Shown here in pieces: positions 46,032 to 55,810 of a DNA stretch of 64,000 nucleotides. The notes beneath the pieces were generated by a model. It was not told the DNA's origin and made no database searches. It saw only the letters and a program-made list of their open reading frames with translations. Source of the DNA: Candidatus Rokuibacteriota bacterium. Its GTDB lineage: Bacteria > Methylomirabilota > Methylomirabilia > Rokubacteriales > DASRDR01. The stretch spans positions 6,330 to 70,329 of the forward strand of contig JBIOTN010000175.1 of the NCBI GenBank assembly GCA_044866005.1. The letters run 5' to 3'. The translations under genes and the position numbers were made by a program. The stretch's first letter is position 1, and every line of letters starts with the position of its first letter.

Positions 46032-49000
46032 GGGCCCCGGGCCGGCCTCCCGGCCGCGGACAACTGCCCGACGAGGCGGCCCGCGTGCGCGCCACCACCG
46101 ATCTCGACACCTCGCTCCTCGTCGAGGCGCCCGCCGGGAGCGGGAAGACCACCCTCCTCGTCGCCCGCATCCTCGCCTGGCTCATGAGCGGCCGCGCCCG
46201 CCTCTCCCAGATCGTGGCCATCACGTTCACCGAAAAGGCGGCGGCCGAGCTCCGCCTGCGCGTCCGCGAGAGCGTGGAGGCGGCGCGGCGCGCGGCCCCG
46301 CCCGCCGAGCGCCCGGTCCTCGACCAGGCGCTGGCCGACCTCGACCTGGCGCCGATCCGGACGATTCACGGCTTCTGCGGCGATCTCCTCCGCCAGCGGC
46401 CGGTCGAGGCCGGCGTGGACCCCGGCTTCGCCATCGCCGACGCGCTCGGCGCCGGGCTCGCGTTCGAGGAGACGTGGGAGCGGTGGCTGGAGGAGGCCGT
46501 CGCCGGGGCGCCGCCCGCGCTCGCGGAGGCCGTGGCGCTCGGGGTCTCGGTCGAGACGCTGCGGGCCCTGGCGCGCGCGATGCTCGAGGACCGCGAGCTC
46601 CTCGACGGGCTCCCCGGACCGCGCCTGGAGGACACGGCGGCGCTCAACCGCGAGGTCCGCGCGCGGCTGCCGGCCTTGCTGGCGAGCGCGCCGCCGAGCG
46701 CCCGCGCCGAGCGCGACCGGCTCGTCCAGCATCTGGGAGAGCTGGCCGCGTGGGTCCGGCAGACCGATCCCTTGCCGGACGCCGAGCAGGTGACGGCCGT
46801 CCTCACCGAGCTGCCGTTCCGCAAGGTCGCGCACCTCGGGACCCAGACCGCGTGGGGACGCGAGCGGATCGCGGACGTGCGCCGGGAGCTCGCCGAGCTG
46901 ACGGACCGCGTCGCCGCGGCGCGGACGATCCGCCTCCACAACCTCGCGGCGACCCTCGGCGGCTGGCTTCGCGGCTTCACCGCCGTCTACGAGGAGCGCC
47001 TGCGACGGGGCGGCGCCCTCGACTTCCACGGCCTGCTCGCGCGCGCCCGCGACCTCGTGCGCGACCGGCCCGACGTGCGGCGCGACTTCCAGCAGCGCTA
47101 CCGGACGATCCTGGTCGACGAGTTCCAGGACACGGACCCGCTCCAGGTCGAGATCGCCTTCTTCCTGGCCGAGGACCCCGCGAGCCCGCCCGCCGCGACG
47201 TGGGAGGCCGTCCGGCTCGCGCCCGGCCGCCTGTTCGTCGTCGGCGACCCCAAGCAGTCCATCTACCGGTTCCGGCGGGCCGACATCGAGACGTACGAGC
47301 GCGCCCGGGAGCGCATCGCCGCGCAGGGCGACGTCCTCATGCTGACGACGAACTTCCGCTCGGTCGGGCGGCTCCTCGACGCCGTGAACCGAACGTTCGC
47401 CGATCAGATGCAGCCGCCGGACGACGGCCGCTACCAGCCCGCCTACGCGCCGGTGGCGCGGGCGCCCGACACGCCCGAGGGCGAGGGGCCGCTCCTGCTC
47501 GAATGGCCCGCGGACGCGCCCCCGTCGCCCGCCGCCGGCGCCGACGACCGCCGCGCCCGCGAGGCGGCCGCCCTGGCGCGTCTCGTCGCGCGCGCCGTGG
47601 CGGAGGCGGCGTGGCCCGTGCGCGAGCGTCAGGGCGGCACGACGCGGCCCGCGACCTTCGGTGACGTGGTGTGCCTGTTCCGCACCTACGTCGGCGTCGC
47701 GACGTACGAGGAGGCCTTCCGCGCGGCGGGGGTGCCCTTCCGCACGCTCGGTGGCCGCCAGTACTACGAGCGCTCCGAGGTCGGCTGGGCGCTCGCCGCG
47801 CTCGCCGCGATCGAGGACCCCTACGATCCGGTCGCGCTGGTCGCGGCGCTCCGCTCGCCCTTCTTCGGTGTCCCGGACGGCGCGCTCCTCGCGCACGCGG
47901 CGGCGGGCGGGCGCTTCTCCTACCTGGCCCCGCTCCCGGCCGAGGCCGACCCCGGCCTCGCGGAGGGCTGGCGGCTCCTGCGCGAGCTCCACGGCCGCCG
48001 CACGCGCGAGAGCCCGGCCGCCGTCGTGGAGGCGCTCTACGCCGAGACGGAAGTGCTCGCCACCTACGCCCTCGACCCGTTCGGCGACCAGCGCGTGGCG
48101 AACCTCCTGCGGATCATCGACACCGCGCGCGGCCTCGAGGCGGCGGGCCGGCCGACCTTCCGCGCGCTGACGCGCTGGCTCGGCGCGCAGACCACCGGCG
48201 GCTACGAGGAGAGCGAGTCGCCGGTCGCCGAGGAGGGCGACCAGGTCGTCCGCTTCATGACCGTCCACGCGGCGAAGGGTCTCGAGTTTCCGGTCGTGAT
48301 CGTGCCGGATCTCGACTGGGACCGCGCGCCCCGGACGCCGCCGCTGCTGGTGGACCGCCGCGCCGAGGGCGCGACCCTCGGCGTCTCGCTGGGCAAGGCC
48401 GGGGAGTTCCGCGTGGAGACGGAGAACCTCGCCGCGTTCCAGGAGCGCGAAGCGCGGCGCGCCGAGGCCGAAGCGCTGCGGCTCTTCTACGTCGCCACGA
48501 CCCGCGCGCGCGACCACCTCGTCCTGCCGCTCCTCTTCGCCGAGCCGCGCGGCTTCGCCGGCTTCTGCGCCCCCCTCTGCGACCCGGCGTGGGACGGCGC
48601 GCGGCGCGTCGCCCTCCAGGCGGCGGACGTGGCCGCGGCGGCGGGCGGGGACGCGCCCGAGGCGGTGGGCCAGGCGGCGGACGCGCTCGTGCCGCGCGCG
48701 GTGTGGGCCGCCGCGCGGGCGCGCGTGCTCGCGCGCGGCGCGACGGCGGCGACCGTCGTGCACCCGGGCAGCCGCCCGGCCGCCGCGGCGGACGGCGCCG
48801 GCCGGCGGCTCGGCGCGCTCGTGCACCTCGCCCTCGCGCTCGCCGAGCTCCAGGCGTCGGAGGGCGCGGCGGCCGCGGTCGAGGCCGCGGCGGGACGTCT
48901 CGGCGAGCGGGGCGAGCGCGTCGCGCTGGCCCGGCGACTCGTCGCGCGCGCGCTCGCCTCGCCGCCCTACCGGCGGGCGGCGACGGCGGCCCGCGCCTCC

Positions 49001-49246
49001 CGCGAGGTGCCCGTGGCCGCCGTCGTCGACGGCCAGCTCGTCGAAGGGGTCGTGGACCTCGTGTTCGAGAGCGTCGCGGGTCCGGTCGCCGTGGAGGTCA
49101 AGCTGGCGCCGGCCGACGCGGCGGCGCGGGGCCAGCTCGGCGCGTACTGCCGCGCCCTGGCGGCCGGCGGCTTGCCGGTCGCGGAGGCGTGCCTGCTCGT
49201 GCTCGCGCCCGACCGCGCGGAGCCGATCCCCGTCCCCGTTCGTTGA
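46028..49246 (+). CDS. AddA/UvrD-like helicase-nuclease subunit
   Basis: Walker A (EAPAGSGKTTLL) and UvrD motifs (VVAITFTEKAAAEL, ILVDEFQDTDPLQ, VGDPKQSIYRFRRAD). C-terminal PD-(D/E)XK nuclease (VVDLVFES...VEVKL). The GTG start overlaps the addB-like stop (GTGA). Confidence 0.85.
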   Translation: MRAPGRPPGRGQLPDEAARVRATTDLDTSLLVEAPAGSGKTTLLVARILAWLMSGRARLSQIVAITFTEKAAAELRLRVRESVEAARRAAPPAERPVLDQALADLDLAPIRTIHGFCGDLLRQRPVEAGVDPGFAIADALGAGLAFEETWERWLEEAVAGAPPALAEAVALGVSVETLRALARAMLEDRELLDGLPGPRLEDTAALNREVRARLPALLASAPPSARAERDRLVQHLGELAAWVRQTDPLPDAEQVTAVLTELPFRKVAHLGTQTAWGRERIADVRRELAELTDRVAAARTIRLHNLAATLGGWLRGFTAVYEERLRRGGALDFHGLLARARDLVRDRPDVRRDFQQRYRTILVDEFQDTDPLQVEIAFFLAEDPASPPAATWEAVRLAPGRLFVVGDPKQSIYRFRRADIETYERARERIAAQGDVLMLTTNFRSVGRLLDAVNRTFADQMQPPDDGRYQPAYAPVARAPDTPEGEGPLLLEWPADAPPSPAAGADDRRAREAAALARLVARAVAEAAWPVRERQGGTTRPATFGDVVCLFRTYVGVATYEEAFRAAGVPFRTLGGRQYYERSEVGWALAALAAIEDPYDPVALVAALRSPFFGVPDGALLAHAAAGGRFSYLAPLPAEADPGLAEGWRLLRELHGRRTRESPAAVVEALYAETEVLATYALDPFGDQRVANLLRIIDTARGLEAAGRPTFRALTRWLGAQTTGGYEESESPVAEEGDQVVRFMTVHAAKGLEFPVVIVPDLDWDRAPRTPPLLVDRRAEGATLGVSLGKAGEFRVETENLAAFQEREARRAEAEALRLFYVATTRARDHLVLPLLFAEPRGFAGFCAPLCDPAWDGARRVALQAADVAAAAGGDAPEAVGQAADALVPRAVWAAARARVLARGATAATVVHPGSRPAAAADGAGRRLGALVHLALALAELQASEGAAAAVEAAAGRLGERGERVALARRLVARALASPPYRRAATAARASREVPVAAVVDGQLVEGVVDLVFESVAGPVAVEVKLAPADAAARGQLGAYCRALAAGGLPVAEACLLVLAPDRAEPIPVPVR

Positions 49247-49353
49247 TTTCCGACGCCGTGGGGCCGTATGCTTCGGGGGGGTTTGGGATAGCCTCGCGGA
49301 TGGCACCGCCGCCGTCTGGCCCGCGTCCGAGCGGCGGCTCTGCCGCCGCCACC

Positions 49354-49405
49354 GAGGGGGGAATCGGGGGGGTCTTCCCGGACCCCCCGAGACAGCTCCG
49401 GAGGC
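49354..49405. repeat. repeated palindromic intergenic element type A, copy 1 (GGGGAATCGGGGGGGTnTTCCnGAnCCCCCCGA)
   Basis: Hairpin CGGGGGGGTC/GACCCCCCG in the 5' leader of the aminotransferase gene. A near-identical copy lies at 52605..52658. Confidence 0.5.
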
Positions 49406-49409
49406 GACC

Positions 49410-50756
49410 ATGAGCAAGCAGGTCATCCAGTCGAGCGTCCTCTACCGCGACCTCAAGCGCGAGTACCCCGTCATCGTCCGCGGCGAGGGCGTGTACCTCT
49501 GGGACGCGGACGGCAAGCGCTACCTGGACGGGTCGGGCGGCTCCTCCGCGGTGACCTCGATCGGGCACGGCGTGAAGGAGATCGCCGACGCCATGGCGGC
49601 CCAGGCGCGCAAGGTCGCGTTCGTCCCCATGCACCTGTTCACGAGCGAGCCGCTGCCGGCGCTGGCCGAGGCGGTCGCGAAGTTCGCGCCCGCCGACCTG
49701 AACAAGGTCTGGTTCGTCTCGGGCGGCTCCGAGGCCACCGAGAACGCCGCGAAGCTGGCGCGCCAGTACTGGCTCGAGCGGGGGCAGCCGTCCAAGTCCA
49801 TCGTGATCGGGCGCTGGCAGTCATTCCACGGGAACCTCTTCGACTCGCTCGGCTTCGGCGGCCACACCATCCGGCGGCGAAAGTACGTGCCGATGCTGCA
49901 GGAAGGGAGCCACCTGCCGCCGATGTACTGCTACCGCTGCCACTTCAACCTCACCTATCCCGCCTGCGAGACCTACTGCGCCGACTACCTCGAGCGGCTC
50001 ATCCGGATGCAGGGTCCGGAAAACGTCGCCGCGTTCATCGCCGAGCCGGTCGTGGGGGCGACGCTCGGCGCCGTCCCGCCGGTGCCCGAGTACTTCCCGA
50101 AGATCCGCCAGATCTGTGACCGGTACGAGGTCCTCTTCATCGCGGACGAGGTGATGACCGGCTTCGGGCGCACCGGCGCGAACTTCGCGGTCGACCACTG
50201 GGGGGTCGTCCCCGACCTGATCGCGACGGCCAAGGGCATCTCCGGCGGCTACATCCCGCTCGGCGCCGTCATCGTGCGCGACGAGGTCTTCGCGGCGTTC
50301 GAGCGAAACCAGTCGAACTTCGTGGGCGGCCACACCTACACGGGGCACCCGGTGGCCGCGGCCGTCGGGCTGGCCGTTCTCCGCTACATCGAGGCCCACG
50401 ACCTGGTGCGCAACGCGCGCGAGGTGGGCGCGCACCTCCTGGCCGGTCTCACCCGGCTCATGGCCAGGCACCCGATCATCGGCGACGTCCGAGGGCTCGG
50501 CCTCATGGTCGGGCTCGAGTTCGTCGCCGACCGCCGGACCCGCGCCCCGTTCCCGCCGGAGCGCGAGGTCGCCCGGGCCATCGCCCTGGAGGCGCTCGAC
50601 CGCGGCCTCGTCACCTATCCCGGCACGGGGTCCGTGGACGGGATCCTGGGTGACCACATGAAGTTCACCCCACCCCTCGTGCTCACGCGCGCGCAAGCCG
50701 ACGAGCTCGTGGCGGCCCTCGACGCGGCGATCGCGGCCGTCGAGGCGCGGCTTTAA
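49410..50756 (+). CDS. class III (omega) aminotransferase, PLP-dependent
   Basis: YLWDADGKRYLDGSGG...ADEVMTGFGRTG...TAKGISGGYIPLGA, with PLP Lys in the TAKG context. Confidence 0.9.
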   Translation: MSKQVIQSSVLYRDLKREYPVIVRGEGVYLWDADGKRYLDGSGGSSAVTSIGHGVKEIADAMAAQARKVAFVPMHLFTSEPLPALAEAVAKFAPADLNKVWFVSGGSEATENAAKLARQYWLERGQPSKSIVIGRWQSFHGNLFDSLGFGGHTIRRRKYVPMLQEGSHLPPMYCYRCHFNLTYPACETYCADYLERLIRMQGPENVAAFIAEPVVGATLGAVPPVPEYFPKIRQICDRYEVLFIADEVMTGFGRTGANFAVDHWGVVPDLIATAKGISGGYIPLGAVIVRDEVFAAFERNQSNFVGGHTYTGHPVAAAVGLAVLRYIEAHDLVRNAREVGAHLLAGLTRLMARHPIIGDVRGLGLMVGLEFVADRRTRAPFPPEREVARAIALEALDRGLVTYPGTGSVDGILGDHMKFTPPLVLTRAQADELVAALDAAIAAVEARL

Positions 50757-50761
50757 TTTCG

Positions 50762-50800
50762 GCGGGGGCCTCGGACGGCCTCTCCGATGCCTCCCCCGAC
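50762..50800. repeat. repeated intergenic element type B, copy 1 (TTCGGnGGGGGCCTCGGACGGCC...CCGATGCCTCCCCCG)
   Basis: Lies immediately 3' of the aminotransferase TAA. A second copy is immediately 3' of the GT2 gene stop at 59891. Confidence 0.4.
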
Positions 50801-50928
50801 TCCGCTTCGGGCTGGGTGAGTGGGCCGGCGGCGAGCCGCCGCTCGAAGCGCTTCGGTGGAAGCGGGAGCGAGAGACGACGCGTGGCGGCCTTGATCAGGG
50901 TCCGCTGGGGACGGGCGGGAGGCGCGGC

Positions 50929-51540
50929 GTGATCTGCCCGCAGTGTCGCGCCACGGTCCCGGACGAGAGCGCCTTCTGCCTGCGCTGCGGCGCGCGGCTC
51001 CGGTCCCCCGAGCGCCCCGCCCGGACCAACGGCGGCGGCTCGGCCCTGACGACCGCGCCGCGCGAGACCCCGCCGGCGAGCGCGACGACCCGAGGGCCCA
51101 CGGCGGCCCCGGGCGGCAAGCACCCCTACGCCCTGAGCTTCAAGCCGCTCGCGGACGAGCGCCTGCGCTACCGCGTCGCGCGGTGGGTCTGCGAGCAGGC
51201 GCCGGCCCACGGGCTCCCCGACGTCCAGGCGGCGTTGACGCGGGGCGAGTTCGCCACCTTCCTGGCGCTGACCCATGATGAGGCCGGGCGGGCGCGTGCG
51301 GGCATCGAGGCGCTCGGCGTCCATCCCGCGCTCTGGCAGCTCGCGCCGGCGACGGCCGCTGAGTTGCTCCTGCCGCGGACGTCCCCGCCGGCGACGGCGG
51401 GCTGGAGCCTGCAGAAGAAGCTCGTCGTCGCGGTCCTCGCGGTCGCCGCGCTGGCCGGGTTGGGCACGGCGGCGATGTATCTGCACCATCCGGGCGCCCC
51501 GGTGTCTCCCGGCGCGCCCTCGATCGGAGGCCAGCCATGA
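50929..51540 (+). CDS. zinc-ribbon domain protein with C-terminal TM anchor
   Basis: N-terminus ICPQCRATVPDESAFCLRCGARL has CxxC...CxxC. The C-terminus has a TM helix (LVVAVLAVAALAGLG). Confidence 0.6.
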   Translation: MICPQCRATVPDESAFCLRCGARLRSPERPARTNGGGSALTTAPRETPPASATTRGPTAAPGGKHPYALSFKPLADERLRYRVARWVCEQAPAHGLPDVQAALTRGEFATFLALTHDEAGRARAGIEALGVHPALWQLAPATAAELLLPRTSPPATAGWSLQKKLVVAVLAVAALAGLGTAAMYLHHPGAPVSPGAPSIGGQP

Positions 51541-52490
51541 GCGATGTCTCGCGCCGTGACTTTCTCGCGGGGGCCGCCGCGACGACCGCCGCGTCCGCCG
51601 TCGCCGCGTCCCCGGCCGCGGCCCTCGAGACCGTCAACGTCGAGGCCTTCATCACGGGGGTCCGCGCGGCGCGCGTCTTCGATCTCGGCTTCACCTGGGA
51701 CAGCCGCGCCCCCGTCCTGTCGCTCAACCCGCCGTTCGCCTTCGCGCTGAACGCCACGCACCGGCAGACGTACGAGGTCTTCGGGAGCGCGGCGGGGAGC
51801 CAGGTGTCCTGGGCGTCGGAGATCATGTACTTCTCGGGCCAGCACGGCGCCCCGACCATCGACGCCATCGGCCACATCGGGCGGAACCTGAAGCTCCACG
51901 GCGGGGTGGACGCGGTCGCGGCGACCGCGCGCCCCGACGGCATCGGCAACGACCTGGGGATCGAGACCTTCCCCGCCGAGCTGCTCCTCAGCCGGGGCCT
52001 GCTCCTCGACGTGGCCCGCGTCGTCGCGAGCGGACGACCGGATCCGCTCGCCTCGGGCTTCGAGATCACCGCGCGCCACCTCGAGGACGCCGCGCGCGCC
52101 CACGGCGTCACCCTGCGCCGGGGCGATGCCGTGCTGATCCGGACGGGGTGGGGTCAGTACTTCGGGAAGGACAACGCCCGGTACCTGGGCGAGAAGTCAC
52201 CCGGTCCGGGGGTGGACGCCGCGCGCTGGCTGGCCGCGCAGGGCGTGCGGCTCACCGGGACGGACACGGCGACCTACGAGGTCCGTCCCGCCGTGCACGG
52301 CTCGGAGCTCTTCCCCGTCCACATGCTCCTGATCGCGGACCACGGGATCTATCTCGTCGAGAACGCGAACCTCGAAGAGCTCGGCGCGGCCGACGTCCAT
52401 CTCTTCCTGCTCGTCGTGCCGCCGCTCCGGATCCGAGGGGCCTCCGGCTCCCCCCTCCGGATGCTGGCCCTGACCCCCCGGACCACCTGA
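51537..52490 (+). CDS. cyclase-family protein (kynurenine formamidase-like) with Tat signal peptide
   Basis: SRRDFLAGAAATTAASAVAASPAAA twin-arginine motif. The ATG overlaps the upstream stop (ATGA). Cyclase-family His motifs (HIGRN...HGG). Confidence 0.8.
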   Translation: MSDVSRRDFLAGAAATTAASAVAASPAAALETVNVEAFITGVRAARVFDLGFTWDSRAPVLSLNPPFAFALNATHRQTYEVFGSAAGSQVSWASEIMYFSGQHGAPTIDAIGHIGRNLKLHGGVDAVAATARPDGIGNDLGIETFPAELLLSRGLLLDVARVVASGRPDPLASGFEITARHLEDAARAHGVTLRRGDAVLIRTGWGQYFGKDNARYLGEKSPGPGVDAARWLAAQGVRLTGTDTATYEVRPAVHGSELFPVHMLLIADHGIYLVENANLEELGAADVHLFLLVVPPLRIRGASGSPLRMLALTPRTT

Positions 52491-52604
52491 CCGCCCCGCC
52501 GAGGGCCGGCAACGTCTCGCAGTAGCGAAGGGTCTGCGCCCTAGTGGGATCATGCGCGAGCCGTCCGAGCGCCGGCTCCGCCGGCGGCCCACCCGCCCAG
52601 CCCG

Positions 52605-52658
52605 AAGAGGTTGGGGAATCGGGGGGGTGTTCCGAGACCCCCCCGAAAAGCTAGCGGG
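52605..52658. repeat. repeated palindromic intergenic element type A, copy 2
   Basis: TCGGGGGGGT gttccgag ACCCCCCCGA has a perfect 10-bp stem. It lies between the convergent cyclase gene and the minus-strand hypothetical gene. Confidence 0.5.
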
Positions 52659-53235
52659 CCGACCAGGTGACCTTGCCGGACTTGCTGAAGAGCGTCAGGC
52701 CGGGCGAGCCGTCGGCCTCGAGGTTCAAGAGCGCCCGCCCCTGGCCGTCGCGGTCGTAGAGGCCGAAGGCCAGGATCCCGTCCACCGTCGTCCCGAGCAC
52801 CGCGCGCAGCTTGCCGTTCTGCTCGAGCCGCAAGGCCGGCCGGCCGTCGGGGTTGACGAAGAGCTTCACGCCCGTCCCGCTCTCCCCGCCGGAGAGCAGG
52901 AGCTCGGATTGCGCCAGCGCGGCGCGCGTCCGCTCGTTCTCGTCGAGGAGCACGAGCACGGGCGCGCCCTCGTGCGAGATGGCGAGCGTCGCCCGCATGA
53001 CCCCGCTCTTGTCCCGCAGCACGAACTGCTGCGCCTCGACGACGTCCGGCGCCTTCCGCGGCATCGGGAGCGGCAGCTCGACCCCCTTGGCCGTGGCCCA
53101 CGGCACGGTCTGGCCCGCCGCGACGGCGGCGGCGACCCCCGCGAGGCCGAGGACGGCGAGACGTCGCCAGCGGCGATTCTCCCGCTCGAGGCGTTCGACG
53201 CGGCGGGTCAGCTCGGCGGTGGTCGGCTCGATCAT
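52651..53235 (-). CDS. hypothetical membrane-anchored or secreted protein
   Basis: MIEPTTAELTRRVERLERENRRWRRLAVLGLAGVAAAVAAG, then a beta-rich periplasmic domain. No recognised family. Confidence 0.55.
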   Translation of the reverse strand: MIEPTTAELTRRVERLERENRRWRRLAVLGLAGVAAAVAAGQTVPWATAKGVELPLPMPRKAPDVVEAQQFVLRDKSGVMRATLAISHEGAPVLVLLDENERTRAALAQSELLLSGGESGTGVKLFVNPDGRPALRLEQNGKLRAVLGTTVDGILAFGLYDRDGQGRALLNLEADGSPGLTLFSKSGKVTWSAR

Positions 53236-53541
53236 TGGCGCCCTCCCTCGCATCGGCGGCGGTGGCGATACCGCACCGGGTCACGCGGCCCCCGCTACCC
53301 TGCCCTCCGCCGCGGCGCTTTGTCAAATCTTCAGGAGATCGGGGAACTCCCCTACGGCCCCGGCGGGGCAAAAATTGCGCGGCGCCGTGCAAGGGGGCGG
53401 GATCCCGGGCACGGCCGGCGCGCCCAGGCGGGCCGCGACGGCGGCGGGGCGGACGACGCGGGTTGGCGAGCGCTTTGCTCTGACGCCCGGTAGGCCCACG
53501 TGTGGCCCGCGGTCCACCGCGTCGTGACCCGGAGGTCGACC

Positions 53542-54312
53542 ATGATCCGACCCGCACGCGTCCTCGCCCCGCCCCTCCCCTCCGTGGCCTCCCTCGCCGA
53601 CGCGCCGGCCGCCGGCCCCCCCGGGCCGCCGCGCCCCCGGGCCAGGCGGCCCGCCGTGCTGGCGGCGCTCCTGGCCGCCCTCGCCGTCGCCGGGTGCGCG
53701 GGCCCGATGAGGCAAGTCGCCCGGAGCGTCGAGCACCTCTACCGCTCCGATCGGCTCAACGGCGACCTCCCCAAGCACCGCGTCGCCGTGCTCCTCGCCT
53801 CCACGCGCCCGGAGCTCGGCCAGTGGCGGCAGTCCGCGTCCGACTCCCTCGTCGGCGTCTTCCGGGAGCAGCGGCCCGACGTCGCCGTGATCCCGTGGGA
53901 GGAGACGGTGAGCCGGATCAACGCGGCCGAGGCCACCGACGCCTATGCGGAGATGCTGCGGACCTACGACGCGACCGGCATCCTCAAGAAGGCGCACCTC
54001 AAGACGCTCGGCACCACCCTGAACACCCGCTACATCGCGCAGCCCAGCCTGATCGTGTTCACCGAGCGCACCAACACGCGGCTGGGCTTCTTCGGGCTCC
54101 GCCTCGTGGAGACGCGCGAGGCGACGGCCCGCGGGCGGCTTCAGATCTGGGACGTGGAGGACGCGCGGATCGTCTGGACGGCGGAGAGCGAGGCGACGCT
54201 GGCCGGCGAAAACGTCCTCTCCCGCCCGATCGGGTTCGAGGTGATCCGCTTCGTGTGGCAGGACCTCGTCCGCCGCCTGCTAGACGGGAACGATCATCCA
54301 CAGGCCAGCTGA
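53542..54312 (+). CDS. hypothetical lipoprotein
   Basis: ATG follows GGAGG. Signal peptide plus lipobox LAVAGC. Confidence 0.65.
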   Translation: MIRPARVLAPPLPSVASLADAPAAGPPGPPRPRARRPAVLAALLAALAVAGCAGPMRQVARSVEHLYRSDRLNGDLPKHRVAVLLASTRPELGQWRQSASDSLVGVFREQRPDVAVIPWEETVSRINAAEATDAYAEMLRTYDATGILKKAHLKTLGTTLNTRYIAQPSLIVFTERTNTRLGFFGLRLVETREATARGRLQIWDVEDARIVWTAESEATLAGENVLSRPIGFEVIRFVWQDLVRRLLDGNDHPQAS

Positions 54313-54582
54313 CGCGAGCAGGAGCCCGAGCCCGACGAGGGCGCTCCCGGCGCCCGTCGCCAGACCGAACGCCAGCCAGCCGTAACCGATCGCGCCGAGG
54401 CCCAGGACCATGAGCGCGGCGCCGACGACGTTCCAGTAGCCCCACACCCAGGTGAGCGCGCGCCGCCGGAACACGAGCCACGTGAGGACGTGGGCGGTGA
54501 CGCCGATCAGCACGACGAGCGTGGCGAGGGAGAGCGCCGTCCGCAGGCCCGAGCCCACCGTCTCGACGAGCCGTTCCAGCAT
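54280..54582 (-). CDS. small 3-TM membrane protein (100 aa), hypothetical
   Basis: MLERLVETVGSG...; RBS GGGAGGG. Sits downstream of the PhyH gene. Confidence 0.5.
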   Translation of the reverse strand: MLERLVETVGSGLRTALSLATLVVLIGVTAHVLTWLVFRRRALTWVWGYWNVVGAALMVLGLGAIGYGWLAFGLATGAGSALVGLGLLLASAGLWMIVPV

Positions 54583-54614
54583 CGACCCTCCCGGCGCGCG
54601 CGCGGCGCCGGGCC

Positions 54615-55391
54615 TCACTCCCGCGACAGGCAGTCGTCGGGGAGGCACTCCACGGGCGTGAAGTCGCGCTCGTGGATGTAGTCCGGCCGCTTGAACGTGA
54701 GCTGGGCGTTCTCGACGGGGTTGGCGATCGCGGAGAAGATCGTCCGCGGCCACGGCGACATGTTGCCGTTCGAGCCGTGGACCATGCAGTCGCCGAAGAC
54801 GAGGCCCGTGCCGGCCGGTCCCGTGGCCGACACGATCCCGCGCGCCTCGACGAGCCGGGCGATGGTCGCGTGGTCGAGCGTCCAGAGCGGATAGCTCGTG
54901 GTCGCGGTGTCGTGCCCCGCGCCGAGCAGCCCGTACCGGTGGGAGCCCGGGATGAACATCAGCGGGCCGTTGAACTCGTTGACGTCGTCCAGGAACACGT
55001 GGAGGTTCAAGGCCGTCGGCTGGGGGACCCCGTCTTCCGCGTGGTGCGTCGCGAAGTCCTGGTGCCACTGCCAGACCTCGCCCGCGAACGGCGCCTTCGC
55101 GTTGACCTTGATCTGCTGGAGGTAGACCTTGCCGCCCGTGAGCTGCATGGCCGGCTCGAGGAGGCGCGGGTGCCGCACGAGGCGCGCGAAGAGCGCGCTG
55201 CGGCGATGGAGCGCGAACGCGGTCCGGACCTCGTCGCTCCCCTTCTCCCGCCAGTTCTCGGGCCGGCGCTCGGCGTAGAGGGCGGGCAGCTCCCCGCGGA
55301 GCCGTGCGGCCTCCGCGGGCGAGAAGAGGCCCGGCAGGACGAGGAAGCCGTCCCGCTGGTATCGCGCGACCTGCTCGTCCGTCAGCCACAT
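54615..55391 (-). CDS. phytanoyl-CoA dioxygenase (PhyH) family Fe(II)/2-oxoglutarate oxygenase
   Basis: MWLTDEQVARYQRDGFLVLPGLF...WHQD...H...GDCMVHGSNGN has the PhyH-family HxD...H facial triad context. Confidence 0.8.
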   Translation of the reverse strand: MWLTDEQVARYQRDGFLVLPGLFSPAEAARLRGELPALYAERRPENWREKGSDEVRTAFALHRRSALFARLVRHPRLLEPAMQLTGGKVYLQQIKVNAKAPFAGEVWQWHQDFATHHAEDGVPQPTALNLHVFLDDVNEFNGPLMFIPGSHRYGLLGAGHDTATTSYPLWTLDHATIARLVEARGIVSATGPAGTGLVFGDCMVHGSNGNMSPWPRTIFSAIANPVENAQLTFKRPDYIHERDFTPVECLPDDCLSRE

Positions 55392-55562
55392 GGGCGGGCC
55401 CTCCGTCGTCTCGCGCCGCGGGGTGGGCGTCTCCCGGCGGGGCAAGCCTAGCCGGGGGGACGCCGCCGGTCAAGGCGCGCCAGACAGGCGCGGCAGAACC
55501 GCACGGGCGCCGGGGTGGCCCGGCGCCCGTATGGACGCTGCGTGGAGGCGGCGATCGCGGGT

Positions 55563-55784
55563 TTACCGCGACCAGTCGTAGATCGTGCCGGCCGCCGCCC
55601 CCACGCCGGTACCGATCAGGGCGCCACTCGCCGCCCCGCGCCCGCGGTCCTTCTTGTCGACGCCGGCGCCGATGGCGGCGCCGGCACCCGCGCCCACCGC
55701 CGCGCCGCCGAGCGTGCCGCAGGCGGCCGTCAGCAGCGCGAGCAGGGACAGGCCCACGATCGGGGCTACCACGTGCTTCTTCAT
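55563..55784 (-). CDS. small glycine-zipper lipoprotein
   Basis: MKKHVVAPIVGLSLLALLTAACG lipobox, followed by GxxxG glycine-zipper repeats. RBS GGAGG. Confidence 0.65.
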   Translation of the reverse strand: MKKHVVAPIVGLSLLALLTAACGTLGGAAVGAGAGAAIGAGVDKKDRGRGAASGALIGTGVGAAAGTIYDWSR

Positions 55785-55810
55785 GGGACTCGACCTCCTA
55801 GCCGGAGTCG

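Noticed and set aside
53380-53395. cGGggcaaaaaTTGCg with GG-N10-GC spacing about 150 bp upstream of the lipoprotein gene at 53542
   Set aside because: Only the invariant dinucleotides match and the flanks deviate from consensus. This is insufficient.
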